Shown: one piece after another, positions 34,609 through 43,105 of the stretch
How the letters are laid out: each line of letters begins with the position of its first letter
Position numbering within the stretch: position 1 is the stretch's first letter
Assembly: GCA_964013405.1 (NCBI GenBank)
Contig: CAXGWI010000015.1
Location: forward strand, 1 to 43,105
Length of the DNA stretch: 43,105 bases
DNA from: an uncultured Myxococcales bacterium
Lineage (GTDB): Bacteria; Myxococcota; UBA4151
Direction: 5' to 3'
Notes under the pieces: model-generated
Database searches by the model: none
Told to the model about the DNA's origin: nothing
What the model saw: only the letters and a program-made list of their open reading frames with translations
Translations under genes and position numbers: made by a program

Positions 34609-36716
34609 TATTGGTGCTCCTGACATGCCGCGATTTGATAACCGGCCGAGACGGGGCAGACGAGGTCGCCTGGGCAGTCTGCATCCCGAGCACAGGCCCG
34701 GCTGCAGCGATTGTTTCCGGCACAGAAATAGCCGTCGGGACATTGGATTGAACTGGCGCAGGGCTCGCCGGGGCCGGCCCGCTGATCGGCGGGGGCTTGG
34801 GCAATGCAGTAACTGTCTCGGAAGCGCCCTTGGCCCAGAAAGCAGCGTCGGGCCTCACCGCAACTATCCAGGGAGACCGTGTCGCAGTGTTCTTCGTCAG
34901 GCAAACAGGCGTAGCCAAAGTTTTGCGTATCGATTTGAGTATAGAGGCAGGCGCTGCCTTCGTCACAGCCCCGGTCGCCATGAAGGAAGCCTGGTGTGCA
35001 GCCGGGCCGACAATGGGGCGCACCGTTCTCATCGGCACCAGCACAGACCAGCCCATCGCCACACTGACGGTCATTCTCACCCCGTGCTGCGTCTCGGTCA
35101 CAGGCCGCACCTTCGGGGAGATCGCCGCCTTCGTAGCAGATCCCGATCCACAGGCCATTCCCCACGGAGATTTCCTGACAGTAGCCATCGAGCCGGCCCG
35201 CGCGACCGTTGTGGCACGGTCCTCCCAACTCACCATTGGCATAGGGACCGTATGCCGGGGGCAGGTGTTGGGCACTGCCGCAGTACCGGGTCCAGCAGTA
35301 GGGGGTTGGGCCGTCAACGCAGTAGGTCTGTCGATTGAGACAGTCATCCTGTTGCTGGCACAATCGGATGCACATCGGGCCTTGGTTCATGGCGGCGCAG
35401 ATCAAGCCGTCTGAGCAGGCCAATGATTCGGAGCAGGTTTGGAATTCACCCCGCCGGCACCGGTTGTCACTACAGACGAGGTTGGTGATGGTCCCGGTTC
35501 GGTCGTAGCCGTAACAATCGCCGTTGGTTTCGCAGGGCAGCCGTCGGGTGTCCATACAGTAGCCTCGAGGCCAGCCGTCGGGAAAGCGACAGAATCCGGT
35601 GTCGCCGGCACAGTCCCCATGAAAATCACAGGTAGGTTCACAGCGGAAACAGGCATCTGCACCGCTTTCGTTGCCATCATCACAGACCTCATAGTTCTCG
35701 TGATTCACAGGGAGGTCGAGGCGTCGGATCCCATCGCCGCAAACCGCGTTGAGACAGTGGTTCGTGCAAGCATCTTGGTTTTCGTCGTTGCCGTCATCGC
35801 AGGCCTCATAGCCGACCTGGCCCGGTTCCCGGTCCTCCCGCAGGATCCCGTCGCCACAGTAAGTGGCCCGACAGTTGGGTAGACAGCCGTCATTGCTGGC
35901 CGCATTGGCATCGTCGCAAGCCTCAAAGCCGGGCTCACCCTCCGCGAGATCTTGTCGATGAATTCCATCACCACAACGGGCCGGCTGGCAGCGATTGGTA
36001 CAACCATCTCCACCGTCACCATTACCATCATCGCATGCTTCACCCTCCTGGACGATGCCATCGCCACAGTAGGGCAGGGTGCAGTCTGCTGCACAGCCAT
36101 CATCGTTCACGTCATTGCCGTCATCGCAGTCCTCATAGCCGGGCTGCCCAAGGGCCACGTCGAGTCGAAGGATCCCATCACCGCATCGGGCCGGGATGCA
36201 CGCTGAGGTGCAACTGTCCGTGTCCAATGCATTGCCATCGTCGCAGAGTTCGGCCTCGGCCTCGCCGGGGGCTAGGTCGACTCGAAGGAGGCCATCGCCG
36301 CACCGGGCCGGCTGGCAGGCGGTGGTGCAGGCATCGGTATCGAGGGCATTGCCATCATCGCAGCCCTCCCGTTCCGAATGGAGCACGCCGTCCCCGCAAC
36401 GAGCCAGCGCACAGCCGGTGCAGTCATCGCCATCGTCTTCGTTGCCGTCATCGCAAGCTTCGAACTCGGGATGGTCTGGATCGAGATCGGCCCGGACGAT
36501 GCCATCACCACATCGGGCCGGTGCACAGGCCCGCGTGCAGGCATCCCGGTCGATGAGGTTGCCGTCATCGCAGTCCTCGTTGTCGCTGAGGAGACCATCA
36601 CCGCAGTAGCGTTGCGGTCCTGCGTCAGTTTGCGGCTCATCCGCCCCAGCCGTCGGCGTAAACTCGTAGCAACCGACCAGGCAGGGCACGAGTGCGAGAA
36701 TCCATAGGCGCCGCAT
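34608..36716 (-). CDS. Myxococcales-type Cys-rich repeat (DUF4215-like, CGDG) lipoprotein
   Basis: Lipobox LVGC, nine CGDG...E-x-CDD[GA]N...C repeats, then a further Cys-rich C-terminal region. Confidence 0.88.
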   Translation of the reverse strand: MRRLWILALVPCLVGCYEFTPTAGADEPQTDAGPQRYCGDGLLSDNEDCDDGNLIDRDACTRACAPARCGDGIVRADLDPDHPEFEACDDGNEDDGDDCTGCALARCGDGVLHSEREGCDDGNALDTDACTTACQPARCGDGLLRVDLAPGEAEAELCDDGNALDTDSCTSACIPARCGDGILRLDVALGQPGYEDCDDGNDVNDDGCAADCTLPYCGDGIVQEGEACDDGNGDGGDGCTNRCQPARCGDGIHRQDLAEGEPGFEACDDANAASNDGCLPNCRATYCGDGILREDREPGQVGYEACDDGNDENQDACTNHCLNAVCGDGIRRLDLPVNHENYEVCDDGNESGADACFRCEPTCDFHGDCAGDTGFCRFPDGWPRGYCMDTRRLPCETNGDCYGYDRTGTITNLVCSDNRCRRGEFQTCSESLACSDGLICAAMNQGPMCIRLCQQQDDCLNRQTYCVDGPTPYCWTRYCGSAQHLPPAYGPYANGELGGPCHNGRAGRLDGYCQEISVGNGLWIGICYEGGDLPEGAACDRDAARGENDRQCGDGLVCAGADENGAPHCRPGCTPGFLHGDRGCDEGSACLYTQIDTQNFGYACLPDEEHCDTVSLDSCGEARRCFLGQGRFRDSYCIAQAPADQRAGPGEPCASSIQCPDGYFCAGNNRCSRACARDADCPGDLVCPVSAGYQIAACQEHQ
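35628..36608 (-). repeat. Nine tandem CGDG Cys-rich coding repeats (short and long variants)
   Basis: Visible in the translation and as recurring gccgtcatcgca-like DNA on the + strand. Confidence 0.85.
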
Positions 36717-36835
36717 GAATTAACTCCATCAACTCCATCATGACCTGATCGAATCCCTTTTATCAAGGTCGCGCGAGGGCGACGGGCTTGACAGGCTAGA
36801 CGGTCCGTTCCACTGGGCCGCGGTCGGGAGTCGAG

Positions 36836-37720
36836 ATGGGGACATTACAGCGCTGGGTTCTAGCCTCCCGGCCGGCGACCTTAACGGCCGCCTTGGTGCC
36901 GGTTTTGGTTGGCAGCGCTGTTTGTTGGCGATTGGACCGTTTCCATGGGGCCACCGCTGCCATCGCTTTGCTCGGCGCGCTGTTGATCCAGTTGGGCACC
37001 AATTACGCCAACGACCTCCACGATTTTCTCAAGGGGACAGATGACGAGAACCGTCTGGGACCGACCCGGGCGGTCCAGGCCGGCTTGATCAGCGTTCGAG
37101 CCATGCGCTGGGCGATGGGGATTGCCTTTGGGCTGGCCTTCGTTGTGGGTCTTCTTTTGGTCTGGCGTGCCGGCTGGCCGATCGCTCTATTAGGTTTGGT
37201 TTCGATCCTCTCTGGTTGGGCCTATACGGGGGGGCCCTACCCACTGGGTTATCACGGCCTTGGGGATCTCTTCGTCTTTCTGTTTTTCGGTTTCGCTGCC
37301 GTCGTGGGTACTGTGTACGTCCAGGCCCTCGAGGCACCGCTGGTCGCCTGGTATTTTGCCGTGCCCGTTGGGGCCAGTTGCACGGCCATCATCGTGGTCA
37401 ACAACCTGCGGGACCGGGGGGGCGATGAGCGTAGTGGCAAGCGGACCCTCGCCGTCCGGTGGGGGCCGGTCTGGACCCGTCGGTACTATCTCGGCTTGCT
37501 CCTCGTGGCGACCTTTGCGGGGCCCCTTTTCGCCTTGCTCGGACAGGGGGGGTGGGGGCTTTGGGCCCCGGTATTGCTCCTGCCGTTCGCCTGGCGTTTG
37601 GCCCGGGCCTTGCACACGGCCGAAGGGAAGGCCTTAAACCCAGTGCTGGCCCAGACCGCTGGCTACCATTTGGTGTTGGGCATCGTCTTGAGCTTAACGC
37701 TCGTCTTTTCGGAGGGGTGA
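36836..37720 (+). CDS. menA: 1,4-dihydroxy-2-naphthoate polyprenyltransferase
   Basis: [39 protein letters not shown]...GKRTLAVR. Confidence 0.95.
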   Translation: MGTLQRWVLASRPATLTAALVPVLVGSAVCWRLDRFHGATAAIALLGALLIQLGTNYANDLHDFLKGTDDENRLGPTRAVQAGLISVRAMRWAMGIAFGLAFVVGLLLVWRAGWPIALLGLVSILSGWAYTGGPYPLGYHGLGDLFVFLFFGFAAVVGTVYVQALEAPLVAWYFAVPVGASCTAIIVVNNLRDRGGDERSGKRTLAVRWGPVWTRRYYLGLLLVATFAGPLFALLGQGGWGLWAPVLLLPFAWRLARALHTAEGKALNPVLAQTAGYHLVLGIVLSLTLVFSEG

Positions 37721-38682
37721 TGATTCGAGCTTATGATCTCATGTTGGCCGAACCTCTGGAAACAGGCCGAGGGCTACTCACCTCGTTTAGCGGGGCGCTG
37801 CACGAGCATCCCGACGGTGGGCTGGGTGATCAACCGGGTCTGGATGCGGTCAAATCCTTTGGGCAGGAACTCCGTAGCTTCGCCCAGGAAACGGCCGAGT
37901 TGGATGCCCTTGCACGCCAAGGCCATGAGCCTCTGTACAAGTTGATCAGCCGTCGGTTTCTTGGCGATGGGGCCGGTCCTCGGCGTGGGAGCCGAGTGCT
38001 CGTACACATGACGACAAGTCTATCCCAAGGGCTCGCTGCTTCGGGCTTGGCCCGCTTGCGTGGGATGGGGACGCTGAAAGTCAAAGTCCCTGAGGGCGAG
38101 AGCTGGCCTTCAGTCCTACGGCAGCTCGAGGAGCTTCGGGTCGTCGCACCGGAGTTGGTGATTCGCTTAGATCTCGCAGGGGGCTGGGAGGGGGACCTCC
38201 GGCGCGGCGTTGATCTGCGCCCCCGACTCCACGCATTGGCTGAGCTCGATCTGGAATATGTCGAGGATCCCGTCTTGCCCCTCTCCCTCGGGCAGATTCC
38301 GCGAGATATCGTTCCCCTTGCCGTGGATGTCTTAGACCTGGCCCCCGGTGAGGCGACCCGGCTCGTCAGCGGTTTAGGCATTCGGACCTTGGTGGTGAAA
38401 CCCCAACTCCTCGGGACTTGGGGCGCGGCCATCGATTTGATTCAAATGGCCCAGAGCAAGGGGATCCAAGTTGTCCTCTCCAGTTTGTATGATGGCCCGG
38501 TCGGCATTGCCGCTCTGCTCCATCTTGCGGTCGCTCTCGGATTGACCGAGACAGCCCAGGGGCTCAACACTCTCGCCCTTTGCACGCCCCATCCATGTCA
38601 GGACCTGAAGCCCGGCCGTGATGGTCGAATCGCTGTGCCCGAAGGTCCTGGCCTCGGCTTGGACCGCCCCTGGGCTCCGTGA
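37720..38682 (+). CDS. menC: o-succinylbenzoate synthase (enolase superfamily)
   Basis: TLKVKV (KxK), IRLD, YVEDP, LAVD, VVKP. Lies between menA and menE. Confidence 0.78.
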   Translation: MIRAYDLMLAEPLETGRGLLTSFSGALHEHPDGGLGDQPGLDAVKSFGQELRSFAQETAELDALARQGHEPLYKLISRRFLGDGAGPRRGSRVLVHMTTSLSQGLAASGLARLRGMGTLKVKVPEGESWPSVLRQLEELRVVAPELVIRLDLAGGWEGDLRRGVDLRPRLHALAELDLEYVEDPVLPLSLGQIPRDIVPLAVDVLDLAPGEATRLVSGLGIRTLVVKPQLLGTWGAAIDLIQMAQSKGIQVVLSSLYDGPVGIAALLHLAVALGLTETAQGLNTLALCTPHPCQDLKPGRDGRIAVPEGPGLGLDRPWAP

Positions 38683-39848
38683 CCGAGCGCTGCGCGTTGC
38701 GGGGCACGGCTGAGCCGGCGACCCTCGATGCCCTTGATGCCCTGCGCCGGCGCCAGGCCCAGGTGCTCATGGTCCATCCAGACGCAACAACGACGGAAAC
38801 CGAGCAATTACTTCAGCATTGTGGGGAGCCACCCTTTTGGCCCGAGACGATGTCGGCATCTGGAGCAGGAGGGGTTCTGATTGGGACCAGTGGGACAAGT
38901 GGTGAGCCGAAAGTGGTGTGCCTGACGTGGTCTGCTCTAGAACACAGCGCCCATCAGGTCTGGCAGGCCCTGGGGGGGCGCGCCGGGGATCACTGGCTCT
39001 GTCCCTTGCCCCTCGCCCATGTGGCCGGCCTCGCTGCCGTCGAGCGTTGTCGAGTTGGCGGCGGCGTGCCCCTGTTTGTCCAAGCGGGTGGTCGTGGTGA
39101 AGAACTCCTTCGAGCCTTGCAAGGCCCGGAGGTCCAATTTGCATCCCTCGTACCTACCCAACTCAGTCGTTTGTTGAATGTCCTCAAAGGCAGGCGCGCA
39201 CCGGCGTTGAAAGCGCTGCTCGTAGGCGGCGCTGCGATGCCTCCCGAACTGCTCCAGCAAGCTCGGGAACAGGGCTTTCCCATCGTGTGCAGCTACGGCT
39301 TAAGCGAAGCGGGCTCGACGGTGGCGATGACCGCCCTTCAGGATGCTCGGCGCCCCGAGGCTCTCGGCGATTGGGCCGAGTTACTCCCCAGTTTTGAGGC
39401 ACAGGTCGTCGATGGAGAACTCCAACTGCGGGGGCCAGCGCTTTTTCAGGGCTACTTCGGTGCACCCGCACGGCAGCCGGGGGATTGGTTTCCAACCGGC
39501 GACCGCGCCGAACTCCGGGATCGAACCTTGCGAATCACCGGCCGGCAAGGACTGTCTTTCAAGCGGGGCGGGGAGTGGATTGACCCTCTTGAAATCGAGC
39601 AAACCTTGGCGAGTTGCGTTGGCGTCGACGAGGTCGCCATCCTGGCCGAGCCGGACCCGGATTTAGGCCGGCGGATCGTCGCAGTTGTCGTACCAGAGGC
39701 CGGCGCTGAAGATCTCCTCGCGCATCTTGAGCAATTTTGTCGTGAGCATCTGGCTCGTCACAAACACCCGAGTCGCTGGGAGATTCGAAGCCAGAAGCTT
39801 CCCCGCAGCCCCCTGGGCAAAATACGCCGTCGTCAACTGATGGGATGA
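38679..39848 (+). CDS. menE: o-succinylbenzoate--CoA ligase
   Basis: TSGTSGEPK, LPLAHVAG, SLVPTQL, SYGLSE, TGD, GGE, LPRSPLGKI, plus gene context. Confidence 0.85.
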   Translation: MTERCALRGTAEPATLDALDALRRRQAQVLMVHPDATTTETEQLLQHCGEPPFWPETMSASGAGGVLIGTSGTSGEPKVVCLTWSALEHSAHQVWQALGGRAGDHWLCPLPLAHVAGLAAVERCRVGGGVPLFVQAGGRGEELLRALQGPEVQFASLVPTQLSRLLNVLKGRRAPALKALLVGGAAMPPELLQQAREQGFPIVCSYGLSEAGSTVAMTALQDARRPEALGDWAELLPSFEAQVVDGELQLRGPALFQGYFGAPARQPGDWFPTGDRAELRDRTLRITGRQGLSFKRGGEWIDPLEIEQTLASCVGVDEVAILAEPDPDLGRRIVAVVVPEAGAEDLLAHLEQFCREHLARHKHPSRWEIRSQKLPRSPLGKIRRRQLMG

Positions 39849-41200
39849 TTTTGCAGCCAGTCGATGGCCAGGACTCGCAACCGTTCGGGCTCATTGCAAT
39901 CTGGTTGCTCTAAGACGGCTTCGAGGAGGTGATTCTGGAGTGCGCTCAGCCAGGGGCCACCCGGTCGCCCAGCCAGGTCCATCAAGGCCTGGCTACTCAT
40001 GCGAAGGTCCCGTCGACTCAGAGCGTGTCCAGCCGCCCGCTGATTGCGCAAGCGGGCCTCGATGACATCCACTTTTTTCAGCAGGTCGTCGACGTCATCG
40101 GTCCCCTTGCCAGTGAGATCAGCCCGCTTAAAGGCCAAGAAATCATCCAAGTCCTCGCCGGGGAGCTTCCGGAGCAGTCGACGTATTGCGCTATCGCCCC
40201 ATGCTTCGCTGGGGTGGATCATGTGGTGGGCCACCACTTGGCCGACCCGTCTTTGTCGTGCTTTTGAGAATTTGAGACGCTGGCCGATCTGTTCGGTAAG
40301 GTCCATGCTGACCTGCTCATGACCGAAAAATCTGAATTCACCTTCATTGTCTGGATGGGGTTCGGCGGTCACGGGTTTGCCCAGGTCGTGAAACAGGGCA
40401 GCCCAACGCAGTGCTGTGGGTTGAGACGGGCAGGCATCGAGCACGGCGAGGGTGTGGTTCCAGACGTCGTAGGCGTGATGTCGGTTTTGCGCCTGGCCCA
40501 TCATGGGGACGAACTCCGGGAGGATCACATCGAGCAGTTGGAGTTCGGCGAGGAGACGGAATCCGATGCTTGGGCGCTCGCTCCGTGCGAGCAACTTATC
40601 TAACTCGTCCTCGATCCGTTCGACGGCGATGTTTCTGAGCAACGGGCCCATCGCTCGGAGCGCTGCCGCTAGACTGTCCACCAGCACCAGATCATGGGTG
40701 CTGGCGAAACGCACTGCCCGGAGAATCCTTAATGCGTCTTCGCGGAGGCGTTCCTCGGCCACGCCGACCGCTCGGAGTTTTCTGGCTTCGAGGTCAGCGG
40801 CGCCGTTGAAGGGGTCGATGAGGCAGTCTTCAAGGGGGTCCCAGGCGATGGCGTTGACGGTAAAGTCGCGCCGGGCAAGATCCTCTTCGATCGTGGACAC
40901 AAAGCGAATGGTATCAGGGTGTCGATGGTCGCTATAATGCCCCTCTGCGCGAAAGGTCGTATGCTCGACGGGAAGGTCATCCACCATGATGGTAACGGTG
41001 CCATGGCTGAGACCCGTAGCATGGACCCGGGGGAACAGCGCTTCGATCTGGTCCGGCCGCGCGGGACTGGCGATGTCCAAATCCCCAGTGGGCCGACCCA
41101 TCAGGCGATCCCGAACAAAGCCGCCGACAACGAAGCCTCGATGACCGGCTTTCTGGAGTTGCTCCAGTAAGGCCTTCGCCGCGAGAAGCGTTGCGCTCAC
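39833..41200 (-). CDS. cca: tRNA nucleotidyltransferase (class II CCA-adding family) with HD domain
   Basis: VGGFVRD, DLD, DLARRDFTVNA, EDALRILRAVRF, HTL...FHDLGKP. GTG start at 41200 overlaps the upstream stop. No poly(A) polymerase G-RR-F signature. Confidence 0.88.
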   Translation of the reverse strand: MSATLLAAKALLEQLQKAGHRGFVVGGFVRDRLMGRPTGDLDIASPARPDQIEALFPRVHATGLSHGTVTIMVDDLPVEHTTFRAEGHYSDHRHPDTIRFVSTIEEDLARRDFTVNAIAWDPLEDCLIDPFNGAADLEARKLRAVGVAEERLREDALRILRAVRFASTHDLVLVDSLAAALRAMGPLLRNIAVERIEDELDKLLARSERPSIGFRLLAELQLLDVILPEFVPMMGQAQNRHHAYDVWNHTLAVLDACPSQPTALRWAALFHDLGKPVTAEPHPDNEGEFRFFGHEQVSMDLTEQIGQRLKFSKARQRRVGQVVAHHMIHPSEAWGDSAIRRLLRKLPGEDLDDFLAFKRADLTGKGTDDVDDLLKKVDVIEARLRNQRAAGHALSRRDLRMSSQALMDLAGRPGGPWLSALQNHLLEAVLEQPDCNEPERLRVLAIDWLQNHPIS

Positions 41201-41655
41201 ACGACCGGCGGGTGGATGGATTCGGCCCTCGCCTTGAACTGATTGAGCATGGCGGGGAAGGTTTTTTCTACCAATCGTTGCTGCAGGTCGCTGGGCACAA
41301 GCCTGCGCAAGAGTCGGGGGATCTGTACTTCGACCTCGACGCCGTAGGTCGCTTTTGTCCGGCCGTCGGGGAGGGCTTCCAGATCCCACCCCCCATCATT
41401 TTTCACCATCCACTTACTGTCTTGGAGGGTCCAGTGGAGCTTCTTGCCCACTTCCCCCTCTAAGCGAATGGTCATGCCGATGGATTTGATCACTTTGACA
41501 TACTGGGTGATCACAGCGTCGTCCCCATTGCGGCTATGGACCTCCACCTGATCCACATCTCTGAGAAAAAGCGGGTAGGCTTCGTAGTCAACAAGGACCG
41601 AGTAGAAGTTCTCGGGGCTTACATTGATTTCGATATCTCTTCTCGCGGCAGTCAT
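41197..41655 (-). CDS. SRPBCC / polyketide cyclase (RatA/Coq10-like) protein
   Basis: VLVDYEAYPLFL, NDGGWDL, TKATY, FKARAE. Confidence 0.85.
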   Translation of the reverse strand: MTAARRDIEINVSPENFYSVLVDYEAYPLFLRDVDQVEVHSRNGDDAVITQYVKVIKSIGMTIRLEGEVGKKLHWTLQDSKWMVKNDGGWDLEALPDGRTKATYGVEVEVQIPRLLRRLVPSDLQQRLVEKTFPAMLNQFKARAESIHPPVV

Positions 41656-41669
41656 GGAGTATCGGTCTC

Positions 41670-42644
41670 CTAGGAGGTCGGCAGAAAGGGGCTGCGGTCG
41701 AAGTCGTGGACGGTCTCTAAGAAGCGAATGGTGCCGGTTTTTGAACGAAGAACCAAGCTGTGGGACCGGGCACCACCACCGAAGAAGTCGACCCCTCGCA
41801 ACATGGGGCCACCGGTCACCCCGGTCGCCGAGAACATCACGTCACCGCCGGCAAGCTCCTCAAGGCTAAAGATCCGGTCGAGATCCTCTGGGGCAAAGCC
41901 CATGCCGAGGGCCCGGGTTTTTTCCTCTTCGTTGCGCCAGGCCATCTGACCTTGGAAGTCGCCGCCAAGGCAACGCATGGCCACTGCCGCAAGCACGCCT
42001 TCGGGGGCCCCTCCTTTGCTGACGAAGAGGTCGATACCGCTGTCACGCTTACAGGTGGACAAGGCAAAATTGACATCGCCGTCGGTAAAGAGGGTCACCA
42101 TCGCACCGGCCGAGCGGACTTCGTCGACCAGGGCCTCATGGCGAGGGCGCTCGAGAATCGCGACGTTCAGGTCACTGACCTCGCATTGCTTCGCGCTGGC
42201 GAGGGCCCCGAGGTTCTCGGTGACGCTCTTTTTTAGAGAGATGTGCCCGCGCCCTTCAGGGCCGCAGGCGATTTTGTTCATGTAGGAATCCGGGGCGTGA
42301 AGCATTTGGCCTCGCCGGGCCGTTGCGATCACCGCCAGGGCCCCCGGCTTGCCGCCGGCACAGAGATTGGTCCCTTCGAGGGGGTCGAGCGCAATGTCGA
42401 TCTCTGGATCATCGGCCCCCCAGCGTCCAACCTCCTCGCCGATAAACAACATGGGAGCTTCGTCACGCTCCCCTTCGCCAATGACCACCCGGCCACGGAT
42501 GGCAAGACTATCAAATGCGGAACGCATCGCGTCGACGGCGGCCTGATCGGCGGCGATCTTATCGCCCTTGCCGTTCCATCGCGCCGCTGCGAGGGCAGCT
42601 CGCTCCGTGACTCGAACCATCTCTAATGCAAGATTTCTATCCAT
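41670..42644 (-). CDS. glpX: Fructose-1,6-bisphosphatase class II
   Basis: MDRNLALEMVRVTE, VIGEGERDEAPML, DPLEGT, DGDV, GGAPEGV, ATGVT. Confidence 0.96.
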   Translation of the reverse strand: MDRNLALEMVRVTERAALAAARWNGKGDKIAADQAAVDAMRSAFDSLAIRGRVVIGEGERDEAPMLFIGEEVGRWGADDPEIDIALDPLEGTNLCAGGKPGALAVIATARRGQMLHAPDSYMNKIACGPEGRGHISLKKSVTENLGALASAKQCEVSDLNVAILERPRHEALVDEVRSAGAMVTLFTDGDVNFALSTCKRDSGIDLFVSKGGAPEGVLAAVAMRCLGGDFQGQMAWRNEEEKTRALGMGFAPEDLDRIFSLEELAGGDVMFSATGVTGGPMLRGVDFFGGGARSHSLVLRSKTGTIRFLETVHDFDRSPFLPTS

Positions 42645-43065
42645 TGACCTCTTCCTCAAGCTGAGCCTGCCATGCTTCAACCAGGCCCTTCAATTCCCGC
42701 GGCCAGCGTTGGGGACGGCCCTCGGCATCGATGAGGGCATGGCGGGTCTGACCGGTCGCGAGGACTTCATCGCCCCGGAAAATTTCATATTCGAAACGTA
42801 GGGAAGCGCCTTTGAGGCCAGCGAGGCAGCATTTGATCGATACGATATCGTCGTATTTCGCCGAACGATGATAGCGGACCGTGGCTTCTGCAACGGGGAG
42901 GAAGAGGCCCTCATTCTCGAAGCGGGTGTAGGCCGACCCACTGCCCCGGATCCACTCGTTTCTACCGATCTCAAAGAGCCGCAGATAGTTGGCGTAATAG
43001 ACAACACCCATTTGATCGGTGTCGCCGTAAATGACCCGGTAGTCGGTCGTGACGCCGGCCGGCAT
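42637..43065 (-). CDS. Acyl-CoA thioesterase (YbgC/FadM hot-dog family)
   Basis: YGDTDQMGVVYYANYLRLFEIGR. Confidence 0.9.
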   Translation of the reverse strand: MPAGVTTDYRVIYGDTDQMGVVYYANYLRLFEIGRNEWIRGSGSAYTRFENEGLFLPVAEATVRYHRSAKYDDIVSIKCCLAGLKGASLRFEYEIFRGDEVLATGQTRHALIDAEGRPQRWPRELKGLVEAWQAQLEEEVNG

Positions 43066-43103
43066 TAAGCGTCCGGAATGCGGGCCATACGTCGGAAATC
43101 GGC
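43065..43103 (-). CDS. 3' end of an upstream gene truncated by the window edge
   Basis: ...ADFRRMARIPDA-TAA, with the stop overlapping the thioesterase ATG (TAATG). Confidence 0.4.
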   Translation of the reverse strand, partial: ADFRRMARIPDA

Positions 43104-43105
43104 GA

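Noticed and set aside
35600..36610. Possible CRISPR-like or non-coding repeat array
   Set aside because: The repeats are degenerate in-frame coding repeats, with no identical direct repeats and no cas genes.
36723..36740. Tandem 9-mer AACTCCATC x2 upstream of the CGDG gene
   Set aside because: It duplicates the GGAG RBS region on the minus strand, and two copies are too few to support a regulatory call.
36788..36816. Perfect TTGACA -35 upstream of menA
   Set aside because: There is no credible -10 element at 16-18 nt spacing, so it is not called as a promoter.
39833..41200. Poly(A) polymerase PcnB or a defence-related nucleotidyltransferase
   Set aside because: It lacks the PAP signature, and its motifs plus HD domain fit a housekeeping tRNA nucleotidyltransferase. 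CCA versus A-only specificity cannot be settled by eye.

Overview
GC-rich bacterial chromosomal segment with about 37 tightly packed CDSs. I saw no rRNA, tRNA, CRISPR array, transposase or prophage. The gene content points to a Myxococcota-like deltaproteobacterium (inference): Cys-rich lipoproteins, a CGDG/DUF4215 repeat protein, an AgmX/PglI-type domain, a Ser/Thr kinase-NTPase-TPR fusion and a bactofilin. The housekeeping backbone includes PBP1A, Pal-like/CpoB-like genes, rpsD, acpP-fabF-rpiB-glyA-ribD, pyrE, glyQS, menA-menC-menE, cca and glpX. The standout is a lone, large, divergent flagellin (7756-9876). Its variable region is four homologous ~85-aa modules nested inside one another like Russian dolls. 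It is preceded by a sigma28-like promoter and two GGA-loop hairpins that look like CsrA sites, and it has a C-terminal extension. A second sigma28-like promoter precedes a HAD/App1-type phosphatase gene that lies next to a kinase-NTPase-TPR gene. All calls come from motif recognition by eye, with no database searches, and start codons are best estimates.
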